Of a stretch of DNA of 34,781 bases, positions 26,690 through 34,781 are shown piece after piece. Numbering within the stretch: position 1 is the stretch's first letter; each line of letters starts with the position of its first letter. This stretch comes from Bacteroidota bacterium (GTDB taxonomy: Bacteria > Bacteroidota > Bacteroidia > Bacteroidales > SZUA-534), in contig JAIFNJ010000255.1 of the NCBI GenBank assembly GCA_020047835.1, positions 1 through 34,781 on the forward strand. Direction: 5' to 3'. The position numbers and the translations under genes were made by a program. The notes beneath the pieces were generated by a model. That model saw only the letters and a list, made by a program, of their open reading frames with translations. It did no database searches and was not told the DNA's origin.

Positions 26690-27640
26690 TTATCCGTTTA
26701 ACTTAACTTTAATTAGAGCTGTAGTACCTTCGCTAGGCACACTGTTTAAAATAAAAATTCCATGTATCGATTTAATTCTTGATTGAATATTTGAAAACCC
26801 CGTTCCATCAGTTTGGTTATTCATTATTTTTTCAGGTTGAAAACCAATTCCATCATCGTGGTATTGAATTGTGAGGGTGCGTAAATGTTTTGAAATATTT
26901 ATTTGTATGTTCTCCGCTGATGCATGTTTTAGTGTATTATTTATCAGTTCACAGCTAGCGCGGTAAAGAATTATTTCTACATTATGGTCAAAACGTTCAT
27001 TTTCCATGTTACTTTCTAAATCAATACGTACCGATTTGGTTTGATTAATTTTATGAGCAAAGTTTTTTAAGGCACTTACTAATCCAAAGTTGGTTAATAC
27101 ATGAGGACTCAGGTTATTCGAAATCTCTTTGATGGAAGTAATGGCTTCGTTGATTACCAAATTGGTGTTCTCTAGTATTTCCTCTTGGTTTTGGATGTTT
27201 TTGTTCGAAAGAGCCGAAACCGACATTTTTACAGTTGATAAAAGGGGTCCAAGTCCGTCGTGCAAGTCTTTGGCAAACCGTTTCCTTTCTTTTTCTTCGG
27301 TTTGAATTATGGCAGTTAAAATGCGATTTTCTGCTCGGGCTCTTTCCAGTTCTGATCTTTTTAGTGAATAAAATATTTCACCAATCAAAAATACCCCGGC
27401 GGTAAATAAAAAAGAAATAAATATTCCCAACCAGTCGTCAGCCATAGTTAGGTAAAAAGAAAAATCGTCCTGCAAAAACTGGATGAGTTTGATGGTATAG
27501 CGGATGGCCAAAAGCAAGAACCCCAAAGAGATTAAAACCCACGATGCCCTATATTTTGTAACCCTCATCAGCCGTAAAGCAAATATGGCAGCTATCAACT
27601 GAAAGGTTATCGAAATTAGAAGAGCAACTAATCGTAACAT
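26690..27640 (-). CDS. Membrane sensor histidine kinase, HisKA_3 (NarX/DegS-like) family
   Basis: About 4 N-terminal TM spans, H-box ERKRFAKDLHDGLGPLLS and an HATPase_c domain (ELINNTLKHA...DDGIGF...GTGFSNIQSR). The ATG at 27640 (MLRLVALL) is preferred because the track's TTG at 27655 lies inside a -7 box. Confidence 0.88.
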   Translation of the reverse strand: MLRLVALLISITFQLIAAIFALRLMRVTKYRASWVLISLGFLLLAIRYTIKLIQFLQDDFSFYLTMADDWLGIFISFLFTAGVFLIGEIFYSLKRSELERARAENRILTAIIQTEEKERKRFAKDLHDGLGPLLSTVKMSVSALSNKNIQNQEEILENTNLVINEAITSIKEISNNLSPHVLTNFGLVSALKNFAHKINQTKSVRIDLESNMENERFDHNVEIILYRASCELINNTLKHASAENIQINISKHLRTLTIQYHDDGIGFQPEKIMNNQTDGTGFSNIQSRIKSIHGIFILNSVPSEGTTALIKVKLNG

Positions 27641-27652
27641 CGATTTTTTTAG

Positions 27653-27660
27653 CAAAAATA
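27653..27660 (-). promoter_or_regulatory. -7 promoter box (TATTTTTG on the minus strand) for the kinase-regulator-birA string
   Basis: The plus strand reads CAAAAATA, the reverse complement of TAnnTTTG, ending 13 nt upstream of the ATG at 27640. Confidence 0.4.
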
Positions 27661-27841
27661 ATATTAATCGTTGATTTGCCGCATTTTAATAAAAATGTTT
27701 ATTGTTTCCATTTTAAAAGAGTCCATGTCTTTTCTATACCGCTAGTTTTATTTCTTTCCTGACAAAAAAAATAGCAAGTGTAAAACTCTATTAGTTAATG
27801 AAGGTTGGATGTGTTTTTGTCGGTTTTATAAATAAATCCAA

Positions 27842-27849
27842 TACCTTTG
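27842..27849 (+). promoter_or_regulatory. -7 promoter box TACCTTTG for the small-protein/mutL unit
   Basis: Exact TAnnTTTG match 21 nt upstream of the ATG at 27870. Confidence 0.5.
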
Positions 27850-27869
27850 TAAGCTTTAAAAAATAAAAA

Positions 27870-28139
27870 ATGGCAAAAATATTTCAGTTACCTCAGCATA
27901 AGCGATTTAATTATAAACCGCGGTTTTATAGTCAGCGTGATGAATTGCGAAAAGAACGCCAGGAACTTATCAAGCAAGAAGTAGAGGCAGAAAAGAATGG
28001 GAGGCCTGCACGGATAACTAAAGATGAATTAGCAAATTATATTAAATTGAGTCGGAAGGCTCAAAAAAAATCGAACCTAAGAATATTGATTATTTTAGCT
28101 ATTCTGTTGCTAATTTTTTACTTTTTTTTGTATAAATAA
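27870..28139 (+). CDS. Small tail-anchored membrane protein (basic coiled N-terminus, one C-terminal TM)
   Basis: 89-aa ORF with a good promoter context and a charged region (RDELRKERQELIKQEVEAEKNG), then LRILIILAILLLIFYFFLY. No family recognised. Confidence 0.5.
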   Translation: MAKIFQLPQHKRFNYKPRFYSQRDELRKERQELIKQEVEAEKNGRPARITKDELANYIKLSRKAQKKSNLRILIILAILLLIFYFFLYK

Positions 28140-28220
28140 ATTCATCGTTTAATACTGCTAGCTTAATTTGTTTCTTCAAATGGCATATCGTTATATTAAA
28201 AACATCAATTTAATTTTTAA

Positions 28221-30086
28221 ATGCCGGATATAATTCAACTTTTACCCGATAGTGTGGCCAACCAGATTGCAGCAGGCGAAGTGGTTCAGCGGCCTGCTTC
28301 GGTGCTGAAAGAATTGGTGGAGAATGCTATTGATGCGGGAAGTACCAAAATTCAGGTACTGGTTAAAGATGCCGGAAAAACGTTAATTCAGGTTATCGAT
28401 AATGGGTGCGGAATGACGGAGAACGATGCCCGCATGTGCTTTGAACGGCATGCCACTTCAAAAATTCGCAAGGCCCTCGATTTGTTTGATATCCGAACCA
28501 TGGGTTTCCGCGGCGAAGCCATGGCATCGATTGCGGCCATAGCAACGGTTGAATTAAAATCGAAAAAAACAGATGCAGAACTGGGTATATATATCCGCAT
28601 TAGTGGCTCAAAGGTTGAAACTCAGGAGCCGATAAGCTGTCAGAATGGCACCAATATAGCGGTAAAAAATCTTTTTTATAATGTCCCTGCTCGGCGAAAG
28701 TTCCTAAAATCAAATAGTTCCGAGTTAAAGTATTTGATGGAAGAGTTCCAGCATATAGCTTTTGGTTTTCCCGAAATTGAAATGCAGCTGATACACAATG
28801 AGGTGACTATTTATAACCTGCCTGGTTCTAAAATTTACAATCGCATCATCAACGTGGTTGGTAAAACTGCCAGTCAAAGCATTATTCCGGTTCAATCAGT
28901 AACCAACCTTGCCAGCATAAAAGGATACGTTGGAAAACCAGAACATGCCAGAAAGAGTCCGGGGGAACAATTCTTTTTCGTTAACAATCGGTTTATGAAG
29001 CACCCCTACTTTTTTAAAGCAGTATTGGCAGCTTATGAGCAGATACTTCCGCAGGGAATGCTCCCTTCGTTTTACATTTATTTTGATGTTGATCCGAATA
29101 CTATTGATATAAATATTCACCCTACCAAAACAGAAATAAAATTTGAAAATGAGCATGATTTGTGGCAACTCTTAAAAGCTACAGTTAAAGAAGGGTTGGG
29201 TAAATTTAATTTGGTTCCAACTCTTGATTTTAATCAAGAATCAGCATTTGATATACCTCTGCTTCGAAGAGGAGAGACGGTTGAACCGCCCTCGATAAAA
29301 ATTAATCCCAGTTACAATCCGTTTAATCAACAACCGAAATCAAATAGTAAGGATAACGATCCATCAAGTAATTTTCGTTCTCATAAGAGTCCAGTTACTG
29401 ATTGGCAGCAACTGTACAATGGTTTTGAAAATCCGCAAAGCCCATCAACAGAGCCATTAAATTTGCTCCCGCCCGACGGGGAACTATCAGATCAAAAAAG
29501 CTTTAATCATGGCTTTACTATTGAAACAGGTCGGTTTTTTCAAGTAAAAGGGAAATATATTTTAACTGCCGTAAAGTCAGGCCTCATGTTGATTGATCAA
29601 AAACGTGCCCATGAACGGATTTTGTACGACGAATATATTTATAAAAAAGGAACGCAAAGTGGAATAGGACAGCGATTGCTTTACCCTCAAAAAATTGAAT
29701 TAGATACCCTGGAAGCCGAGCTTTTTAGAGCTGTTTTACCCGAAGTGAACCGATTGGGTTTTGAAATGGAAAACTTTGGTGGTAATACTTTTGTTGTAAG
29801 CAGTATTCCGGCCGATTTTCCCGATGGAGATATTGCCTCTTGGGTAACTCAGATTATTGACCACTTGAAAGAATATCAACAAGATTTTAAAGAAGCATTG
29901 CGCGAAAATGTAGTAAAATCGTTGGCAAAGTTTTTGTCAATCCCTTACGGCAAAATTTTAACTCAAGAAGAAATGGCTCACATAAATGATATGTTATTTG
30001 TTTCACCCATTCCAAACATGACTCCTGATGGAAAGCCTATTATTATTATTCTTGGGATGGATGAATTAGAGAAAAAATTTAAATAA
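28221..30086 (+). CDS. mutL: DNA mismatch repair protein MutL
   Basis: IQLLPDSVANQIAAGEVVQRPASVLKELVENAIDAG...IDNGCGM...ATSKI...GFRGEA (GHKL ATPase motifs). The C-terminal dimerisation domain is present. 621 aa. Confidence 0.96.
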   Translation: MPDIIQLLPDSVANQIAAGEVVQRPASVLKELVENAIDAGSTKIQVLVKDAGKTLIQVIDNGCGMTENDARMCFERHATSKIRKALDLFDIRTMGFRGEAMASIAAIATVELKSKKTDAELGIYIRISGSKVETQEPISCQNGTNIAVKNLFYNVPARRKFLKSNSSELKYLMEEFQHIAFGFPEIEMQLIHNEVTIYNLPGSKIYNRIINVVGKTASQSIIPVQSVTNLASIKGYVGKPEHARKSPGEQFFFVNNRFMKHPYFFKAVLAAYEQILPQGMLPSFYIYFDVDPNTIDINIHPTKTEIKFENEHDLWQLLKATVKEGLGKFNLVPTLDFNQESAFDIPLLRRGETVEPPSIKINPSYNPFNQQPKSNSKDNDPSSNFRSHKSPVTDWQQLYNGFENPQSPSTEPLNLLPPDGELSDQKSFNHGFTIETGRFFQVKGKYILTAVKSGLMLIDQKRAHERILYDEYIYKKGTQSGIGQRLLYPQKIELDTLEAELFRAVLPEVNRLGFEMENFGGNTFVVSSIPADFPDGDIASWVTQIIDHLKEYQQDFKEALRENVVKSLAKFLSIPYGKILTQEEMAHINDMLFVSPIPNMTPDGKPIIIILGMDELEKKFK

Positions 30087-30101
30087 TAAAAAAATAGTTT
30101 T

Positions 30102-30932
30102 ATGCAATCATACAGAGCCCCTCTATTTGGAAATATACCAACCGTTGTAAAAAACCTGTTAATAATAAACATATTGGTTTTTGCCGCTGATAGTATTTTA
30201 CCTTTAATTGGTGTTAACATTATCCAAAATTTGGCATTATTCAACTTTCAATCGCCCTATTTTAAGCCATTCCAGTTGGTTACACACATGTTTATGCATG
30301 GTAGCATTACCCATATTTTTTTCAATATGTTCGCCTTGTATATGTTTGGCCGGATGCTTGAAATGGTTTGGGGTCCCAAGCGCTTTTTGATTTATTATTT
30401 TATCACCGGTTTAGGAGCTGCAGCCTTACATAGTTTTGTTAGTTATTTAAGTTTGGCTGGCTTGCGCGAAGCTACCATGGCTTTTGCTAATACTCCTTCG
30501 CCCGAAGTTTTTTTGAGTTTTGTACGGGAATATGTGCCAAATGCCAGTGTTGCTGTTAATGAATTCATCTCGTCATACAGCCTGCAACCGTCTAATCCGG
30601 CTTATATTAACGAGGCTACTCAATTTGTTCAGTCGGTTTATGATATGCATTTGAATATACCCACAGTGGGTGCATCGGGAGCCGTTTTTGGGGTACTTTT
30701 AGCTTTTGGAATGTTGTTCCCCAATACCCAGTTGATGCTTCTATTTCCTCCCATTCCAATTAAAGCCAAGTATTTTGTGATAATATATGGTGGCATTGAA
30801 TTGTTTTTTGCAGTACTGCAGCAACCCGGCGATAACGTGGCCCACTTTGCCCATTTGGGTGGAATGCTTTTTGGTTTCTTACTTATTAAATATTGGAACA
30901 GTAAAGGAATTGGTAACTTTAAACAATTTTAA
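30102..30932 (+). CDS. Rhomboid-family intramembrane serine protease
   Basis: HMFMHGSITHIFFNM (TM2 H/N motif), catalytic GASGAVFG and HFAHLGG. An insert of about 70 aa precedes the catalytic TM. Confidence 0.88.
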   Translation: MQSYRAPLFGNIPTVVKNLLIINILVFAADSILPLIGVNIIQNLALFNFQSPYFKPFQLVTHMFMHGSITHIFFNMFALYMFGRMLEMVWGPKRFLIYYFITGLGAAALHSFVSYLSLAGLREATMAFANTPSPEVFLSFVREYVPNASVAVNEFISSYSLQPSNPAYINEATQFVQSVYDMHLNIPTVGASGAVFGVLLAFGMLFPNTQLMLLFPPIPIKAKYFVIIYGGIELFFAVLQQPGDNVAHFAHLGGMLFGFLLIKYWNSKGIGNFKQF

Positions 30933-30946
30933 AAAATAAATCAATC

Positions 30947-31837
30947 ATGGCCGGTATCGGAATAGCTGACGAAATAAAAGATTCATTCAGGCATGGAAGC
31001 ATGCTCACTAGATTGATTTATACCAATTTGGCTATTTTTTTAGCCGTAAAATTGGTTGATGTTTTTTATCTTTTATTTGCCCTCGGCGATGCTAATTTTA
31101 TTGTTGAATGGCTTGAAGTTCCAGCACAGCTAAGTCAAATAGCCTTGCATCCTTGGTCCCCCATTACCTATATGTTTTTGCATCAAGAGTTTTTGCACAT
31201 ACTTTTTAATCTTTTGTGGTTTTATTGGTTCGGAAAAATATTTTTAGAATATTTATCGGGTAAGCAATTGCTTGGTGTGTACCTCCTTGGTGGATTATTC
31301 GGTAGTGCGTTGTATATTTTATCGTTTAATATTTTTCCTGCTTTTCGCGAATTAGTTCCGGTATCCTATGCATTGGGAGCCTCAGCTGCAGTTTTAGCGG
31401 TAGTAGTGGCTGTGGCAGTATATGTGCCAAACTATACGGTTTACCTGTTGTTTTTAGGGCCGGTAAAGATAAAGTACATTGCCTTGGTATCTATTTTATT
31501 AGATGTGGTGAATTTTGATCAGGGCAACTACGGGGGTCATATTGCACATATAGGAGGGGCACTTTTTGGGTATTTATTTACCATGCAGCTAAAAAGTGGA
31601 ACCGACATGAGTAAGGGCTTAAGTAAACTAATCGATGCAATAACCTCACTCTTTAAACGCAAAAGAAAACTAAAAGTAACCTATCGAAGGGGCGAAACTG
31701 ATTTGGAGTATAATGCCCGTAAGAAGTCAAACCAGCAAGAAATTGATGTTATTTTAGAAAAAATTGCTCAATCGGGTTACGAAAGTCTTTCAGCCCGTGA
31801 TAAGGAAATTCTTTTCAAACAAAGCCGCAATAATTGA
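30947..31837 (+). CDS. Rhomboid-family protein (second tandem paralog) with a C-terminal soluble extension
   Basis: YMFLHQEFLHILFNL, GASAAVLAV and HIAHIGG. A basic, helical C-terminal tail of about 80 aa ends ...ILEKIAQSGYESLSARDKEILFKQS. Confidence 0.85.
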   Translation: MAGIGIADEIKDSFRHGSMLTRLIYTNLAIFLAVKLVDVFYLLFALGDANFIVEWLEVPAQLSQIALHPWSPITYMFLHQEFLHILFNLLWFYWFGKIFLEYLSGKQLLGVYLLGGLFGSALYILSFNIFPAFRELVPVSYALGASAAVLAVVVAVAVYVPNYTVYLLFLGPVKIKYIALVSILLDVVNFDQGNYGGHIAHIGGALFGYLFTMQLKSGTDMSKGLSKLIDAITSLFKRKRKLKVTYRRGETDLEYNARKKSNQQEIDVILEKIAQSGYESLSARDKEILFKQSRNN

Positions 31838-32003
31838 TTAATAGCTTTTTCACCAAGTTTATTTGGGATTGAAAAGCCATTGAACCCGCTATCATTATAA
31901 TATCTTAAAAATCGAAACAGGTACCTAGTTCAATTATTGACGAATAAATAGCAAGCAGTTAACAATTATTGCTAATTTTAAAGGGATATTTTGCTTTAAT
32001 ATT

Positions 32004-33104
32004 ATGGATAAACGAATACGTAATTTAATAATTTTTTTAGGTGTTGCCGTATTTATTTATGCCATTTGGATTTTCCGCTCCATTGTAACTTATATAATGA
32101 TTTCGGCGGCGCTTTCAATTTTAGGCCAACCAATTATTAATGCTCTTCAACGGATAAAGTTTCGCAGGTTTATACTTCCCCGTTCTTTATGCGCTGCCAT
32201 TACATTGGTCTTATTTTGGGTATTTATTGGTCTTTTTTTTCGATATTTTACCCCCATCATTTTATCAGAAGCAAACGAGTTATCTGAAATTGACTTTACT
32301 CAATTAATCACTCAATTGGAAGTACCTTTGCAAAAAATGCAACCTTTTTTAATCAAAATAGGGGCCGTGAACTCTGAGACTTCTATAATTGATATTATTC
32401 AAAACAAATTTGCGGTTTTAATAAACCCTGATTTCTTTTCCAATCTTTTTTCCCGATTAACTTCTATGCTTGGAAGTGTTGTAGTAGCTTTCTTTGCTAT
32501 TTCGTTTATAACTTTTTTCTTTTTAAAGGATGCCAATTTATTTAACGATGGAATAATGGCATTGGTGCCTGATAAACATATTGAAGAAGTTGAGAATATT
32601 TTGCATAAAATAAGAGTATTGTTATCCCGTTATTTGGCAGGCATTTTATTGGATGTGTTTATAATAATGACATTGGTTACTTTTGGATTGTGGTTAGTAG
32701 GCATTGAGTTTCACCATGCCTTAATTTGCGGATTATTTTCAGGAATATTGAATGTTATTCCTTATGTAGGTCCGTGGATAGGGGCTTCATTTAGTATAGC
32801 AATTGGGGTGGCAACCAATATTAATTTACCCTTTGAAACGGCCTTGTTGCCATTAGTAGGCTATATGTTACTGGTATTTGTAATTATTCAAATTTTAGAT
32901 GGAAGTATTTTTCAACCATTAATATATTCAAGCAGTGTGAATGCCCATCCATTAGAAATATTTCTAGTTATACTGATGGCTGGAAGTATGGCTGGAATTG
33001 GAGGAATGGTATTGGCAATTCCATCTTACACTGTTATTCGCGTTATTGCCAAGGAGTTTTTTAGTAGTTTTAAAGTAGTTCAAAAATTAACTCGAAATAT
33101 TTAA
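32004..33104 (+). CDS. AI-2E family transporter (PerM/YdiK-like permease)
   Basis: 366 aa with about 8 TM spans. The pattern ...GILNVIPYVGPWIG... and ...QPLIYSSSVNAHPLEIFLVILMAGSMAGIGGMVLAIP is typical of the family. Confidence 0.82.
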   Translation: MDKRIRNLIIFLGVAVFIYAIWIFRSIVTYIMISAALSILGQPIINALQRIKFRRFILPRSLCAAITLVLFWVFIGLFFRYFTPIILSEANELSEIDFTQLITQLEVPLQKMQPFLIKIGAVNSETSIIDIIQNKFAVLINPDFFSNLFSRLTSMLGSVVVAFFAISFITFFFLKDANLFNDGIMALVPDKHIEEVENILHKIRVLLSRYLAGILLDVFIIMTLVTFGLWLVGIEFHHALICGLFSGILNVIPYVGPWIGASFSIAIGVATNINLPFETALLPLVGYMLLVFVIIQILDGSIFQPLIYSSSVNAHPLEIFLVILMAGSMAGIGGMVLAIPSYTVIRVIAKEFFSSFKVVQKLTRNI

Positions 33105-33233
33105 CCAATTATTTAATAAGTGTTTTTCTTTTTTTTAATGGAGCATTTTAATTGTTGATTTTGCAATTATAGTTTTTGTAAAATAAATTCAGAAGTTCAC
33201 CGTAATTCTGTTTTGGTTAAGCATATAATTTTT

Positions 33234-33241
33234 TATGTTTG
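33234..33241 (+). promoter_or_regulatory. -7 promoter box TATGTTTG for the PKD/T9SS gene
   Basis: Exact TAnnTTTG match 38 nt upstream of the ATG at 33279. Confidence 0.45.
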
Positions 33242-33278
33242 TATTAGGTATTACAGCGCCCAATTGATTAATATTTAA

Positions 33279-34097
33279 ATGAGACAACTTTACTTTAGTT
33301 TTGCTTTCCTTTTGTTTTCCTTTGGAACCACCTTTGCACAAGCAAATTTTACTATTGATGGACTATACTGCGTAGACGCAGAACTAACGTTTAAAGGACC
33401 TGAGGCCGACAGCTGGGCTTGGGACTTTGGTGATGGAAATACCAGTATTGAACAGAACCCAATACATTCCTATCAGGATTCGGGTATTTATATAGTTAAT
33501 TTAAGTATTACAATTGGGGGAGTTAATTCTTCGGCAATTCCCAGATCAATTCGTATTTATCGTAACCCAATTCCGTACTTTTGGGCTGATAGTATTTCTG
33601 TTTCCTATTCCAGTTATACCCGGTTGTTTATTGATACGTCTATATTTTATAATGCTACCGACAAATTTTATTGGGATTTTGGCGATGGGAACAGTTTTAC
33701 TTCCGACACAACGTTGTTTCAATATAAATATGGCGCATCGGGCACTTATACTGTTTGGCATAAAGTAACGGATGCTAAAAAATGTACCGATTCAATTTCT
33801 GAAATCATTACTATAGCTGATGTTTTTACGGTGCCCAATGTTTTCTCACCCAATAACGATCTTATTAACGATCAGTTCATAGTTACTTCCAATGGAGTAA
33901 CTCAATTTACCATTGATATATATAGCCGATGGGGCAATAGGGTATTTAGCAGGTCAGGAACTGAGCAAATTGTTTGGGATGGAAGGTTACCTAATGGTAC
34001 CTTGGTAAAACCCGGCACCTATTTTTATGTCATTACACCTCAAAATGGGTCGGTAACCTATGAACCAGAGACAGGATTTGTAACTGTTTTTTATTAG
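33279..34097 (+). CDS. Secreted protein with two PKD-like repeats and a gliding-motility/T9SS type-B C-terminal sorting domain
   Basis: Signal peptide, then PKD motifs WDFGDGNTSIEQNPIHSYQDSGIYIVNL and WDFGDGNSFTSD...YGASGTYTVWHKVTD. The C-terminal domain is VPNVFSPNNDLINDQF...IYSRWGNRVF...WDGRLPNGTLVKPGTYFYVI. Confidence 0.85.
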   Translation: MRQLYFSFAFLLFSFGTTFAQANFTIDGLYCVDAELTFKGPEADSWAWDFGDGNTSIEQNPIHSYQDSGIYIVNLSITIGGVNSSAIPRSIRIYRNPIPYFWADSISVSYSSYTRLFIDTSIFYNATDKFYWDFGDGNSFTSDTTLFQYKYGASGTYTVWHKVTDAKKCTDSISEIITIADVFTVPNVFSPNNDLINDQFIVTSNGVTQFTIDIYSRWGNRVFSRSGTEQIVWDGRLPNGTLVKPGTYFYVITPQNGSVTYEPETGFVTVFY

Positions 34098-34105
34098 TAG
34101 TGGGC

Positions 34106-34781
34106 ATGCATTTTAATAAAGCCATTTCAATTAAGGATTTTTATAGAGTTTTAGTAGGAAAGAATCTTCTCATTTTTTCGCTAATACTTCTTGTATTGGG
34201 ATTGCCGCTCTCTCCTTTTTTGGTAGGTTTTTCTCAATTTTTACTTTTATTCAATTGGGTTATTGAAGGCAAATGGCCCGAAAAGTTTCAACGTTTCAAA
34301 GGAAACCGAATCCTGTGGCTTTTTCTAATTTTGCCAATTATTCATGTGCTTTGGCTTTTTAATACCCACAACCTCGATTATGCCATTCATGATATTAAAA
34401 TAAAGCTTCCGCTATTTCTTTTTCCACTTGTTTTGGGAACTTCCAGTTCATTATCTAAAAAGGAAGTGGAGCTTGTTTTCAAGTTTTTCCTTTTTGCTGT
34501 GTTTTCAGGAACGGTAGTAACGGTAGCCATTTTAGCCGGTATATATAACTATCCTTATAACGATATACGGGAAACATCCATTTTTATTTCCCATATTCGG
34601 TTTGGTCTCATGATTGTTTTTTCAGTGGTATTAACCAGTTATTTTATTTTTAATAGCATTCAAAGCCAACACCGTTTGATAAGTTTAGGTTTTTTCCTTC
34701 TTTTTGTTTGGTTTCTAATTTTTCTGGTAATACTTCAGTCTATTACCAGTTGGATTATTTTGTTTGTGCTCATCAACTTTT
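34106..34781 (+). CDS. Polytopic membrane protein, O-antigen ligase (Wzy_C/WaaL)-like, 5' part only (runs off the right edge)
   Basis: Own translation from the ATG at 34106: MHFNKAISIKDFYRVLVGKNLLIFSLILLVLGLPLSPFLVGFSQFLL... with repeated hydrophobic spans, open to the end of the window. The family call rests on the N-terminal pattern only. Confidence 0.5.
   Translation, partial: MHFNKAISIKDFYRVLVGKNLLIFSLILLVLGLPLSPFLVGFSQFLLLFNWVIEGKWPEKFQRFKGNRILWLFLILPIIHVLWLFNTHNLDYAIHDIKIKLPLFLFPLVLGTSSSLSKKEVELVFKFFLFAVFSGTVVTVAILAGIYNYPYNDIRETSIFISHIRFGLMIVFSVVLTSYFIFNSIQSQHRLISLGFFLLFVWFLIFLVILQSITSWIILFVLINF

Noticed and set aside
1-34781. Looked for CRISPR-like direct repeats, IS/transposase or integrase genes, phage modules, tRNA-adjacent islands, toxin-antitoxin pairs and defence-type ATPase or nuclease clusters.
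   Set aside because: Nothing of the kind was seen. Every sizeable ORF is explained by a housekeeping or envelope function. The only tRNA (Glu) is flanked by ribosomal protein genes rather than an island. I cannot exclude features that need a computational repeat or HMM search.

Overview
This window reads as an ordinary low-GC (by eye, mid-30s %) core chromosomal segment of a Bacteroidota genome. Lineage evidence: TAnnTTTG '-7' promoter boxes 20-45 nt upstream of many start codons, a type-B T9SS/gliding C-terminal sorting domain, a long-tailed ribosomal protein S16, and the gene order rsfS-ftsH-DUF2007-cdsA-psd. Genes left to right: dnaE (5' part, minus strand, absent from the ORF track because it runs off the window edge), an ECF sigma/membrane-partner pair, rsfS-ftsH-small protein-cdsA-psd, a 55-aa ferredoxin (also not in the track), a CapD/WbpM-like dehydratase, rpsP-rimM, tRNA-Glu, rpsT, radC, rlmH plus a 1.2-kaa polytopic histidine kinase, DUF4783-like-nadC-yihY-rlpA, coaD plus a thioredoxin-fold protein, NUDIX/pyrE head to head, an SRPBCC protein, a HisKA_3 kinase-LuxR regulator-birA string, small protein-mutL-two rhomboids, an AI-2E permease, a PKD/T9SS-CTD protein and a partial O-antigen-ligase-like gene. 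I found no CRISPR array, transposase, integrase, phage gene or recognisable defence or toxin-antitoxin module, and I cannot honestly point to a clear novel system. The most notable observations are two genes (psd and the ECF sigma) each broken by an out-of-frame internal deletion that removes a conserved segment, a DnaE with an intact N-terminal DEDDh exonuclease fusion, an unusually complex orphan sensor kinase, and some unexplained intergenic structure.
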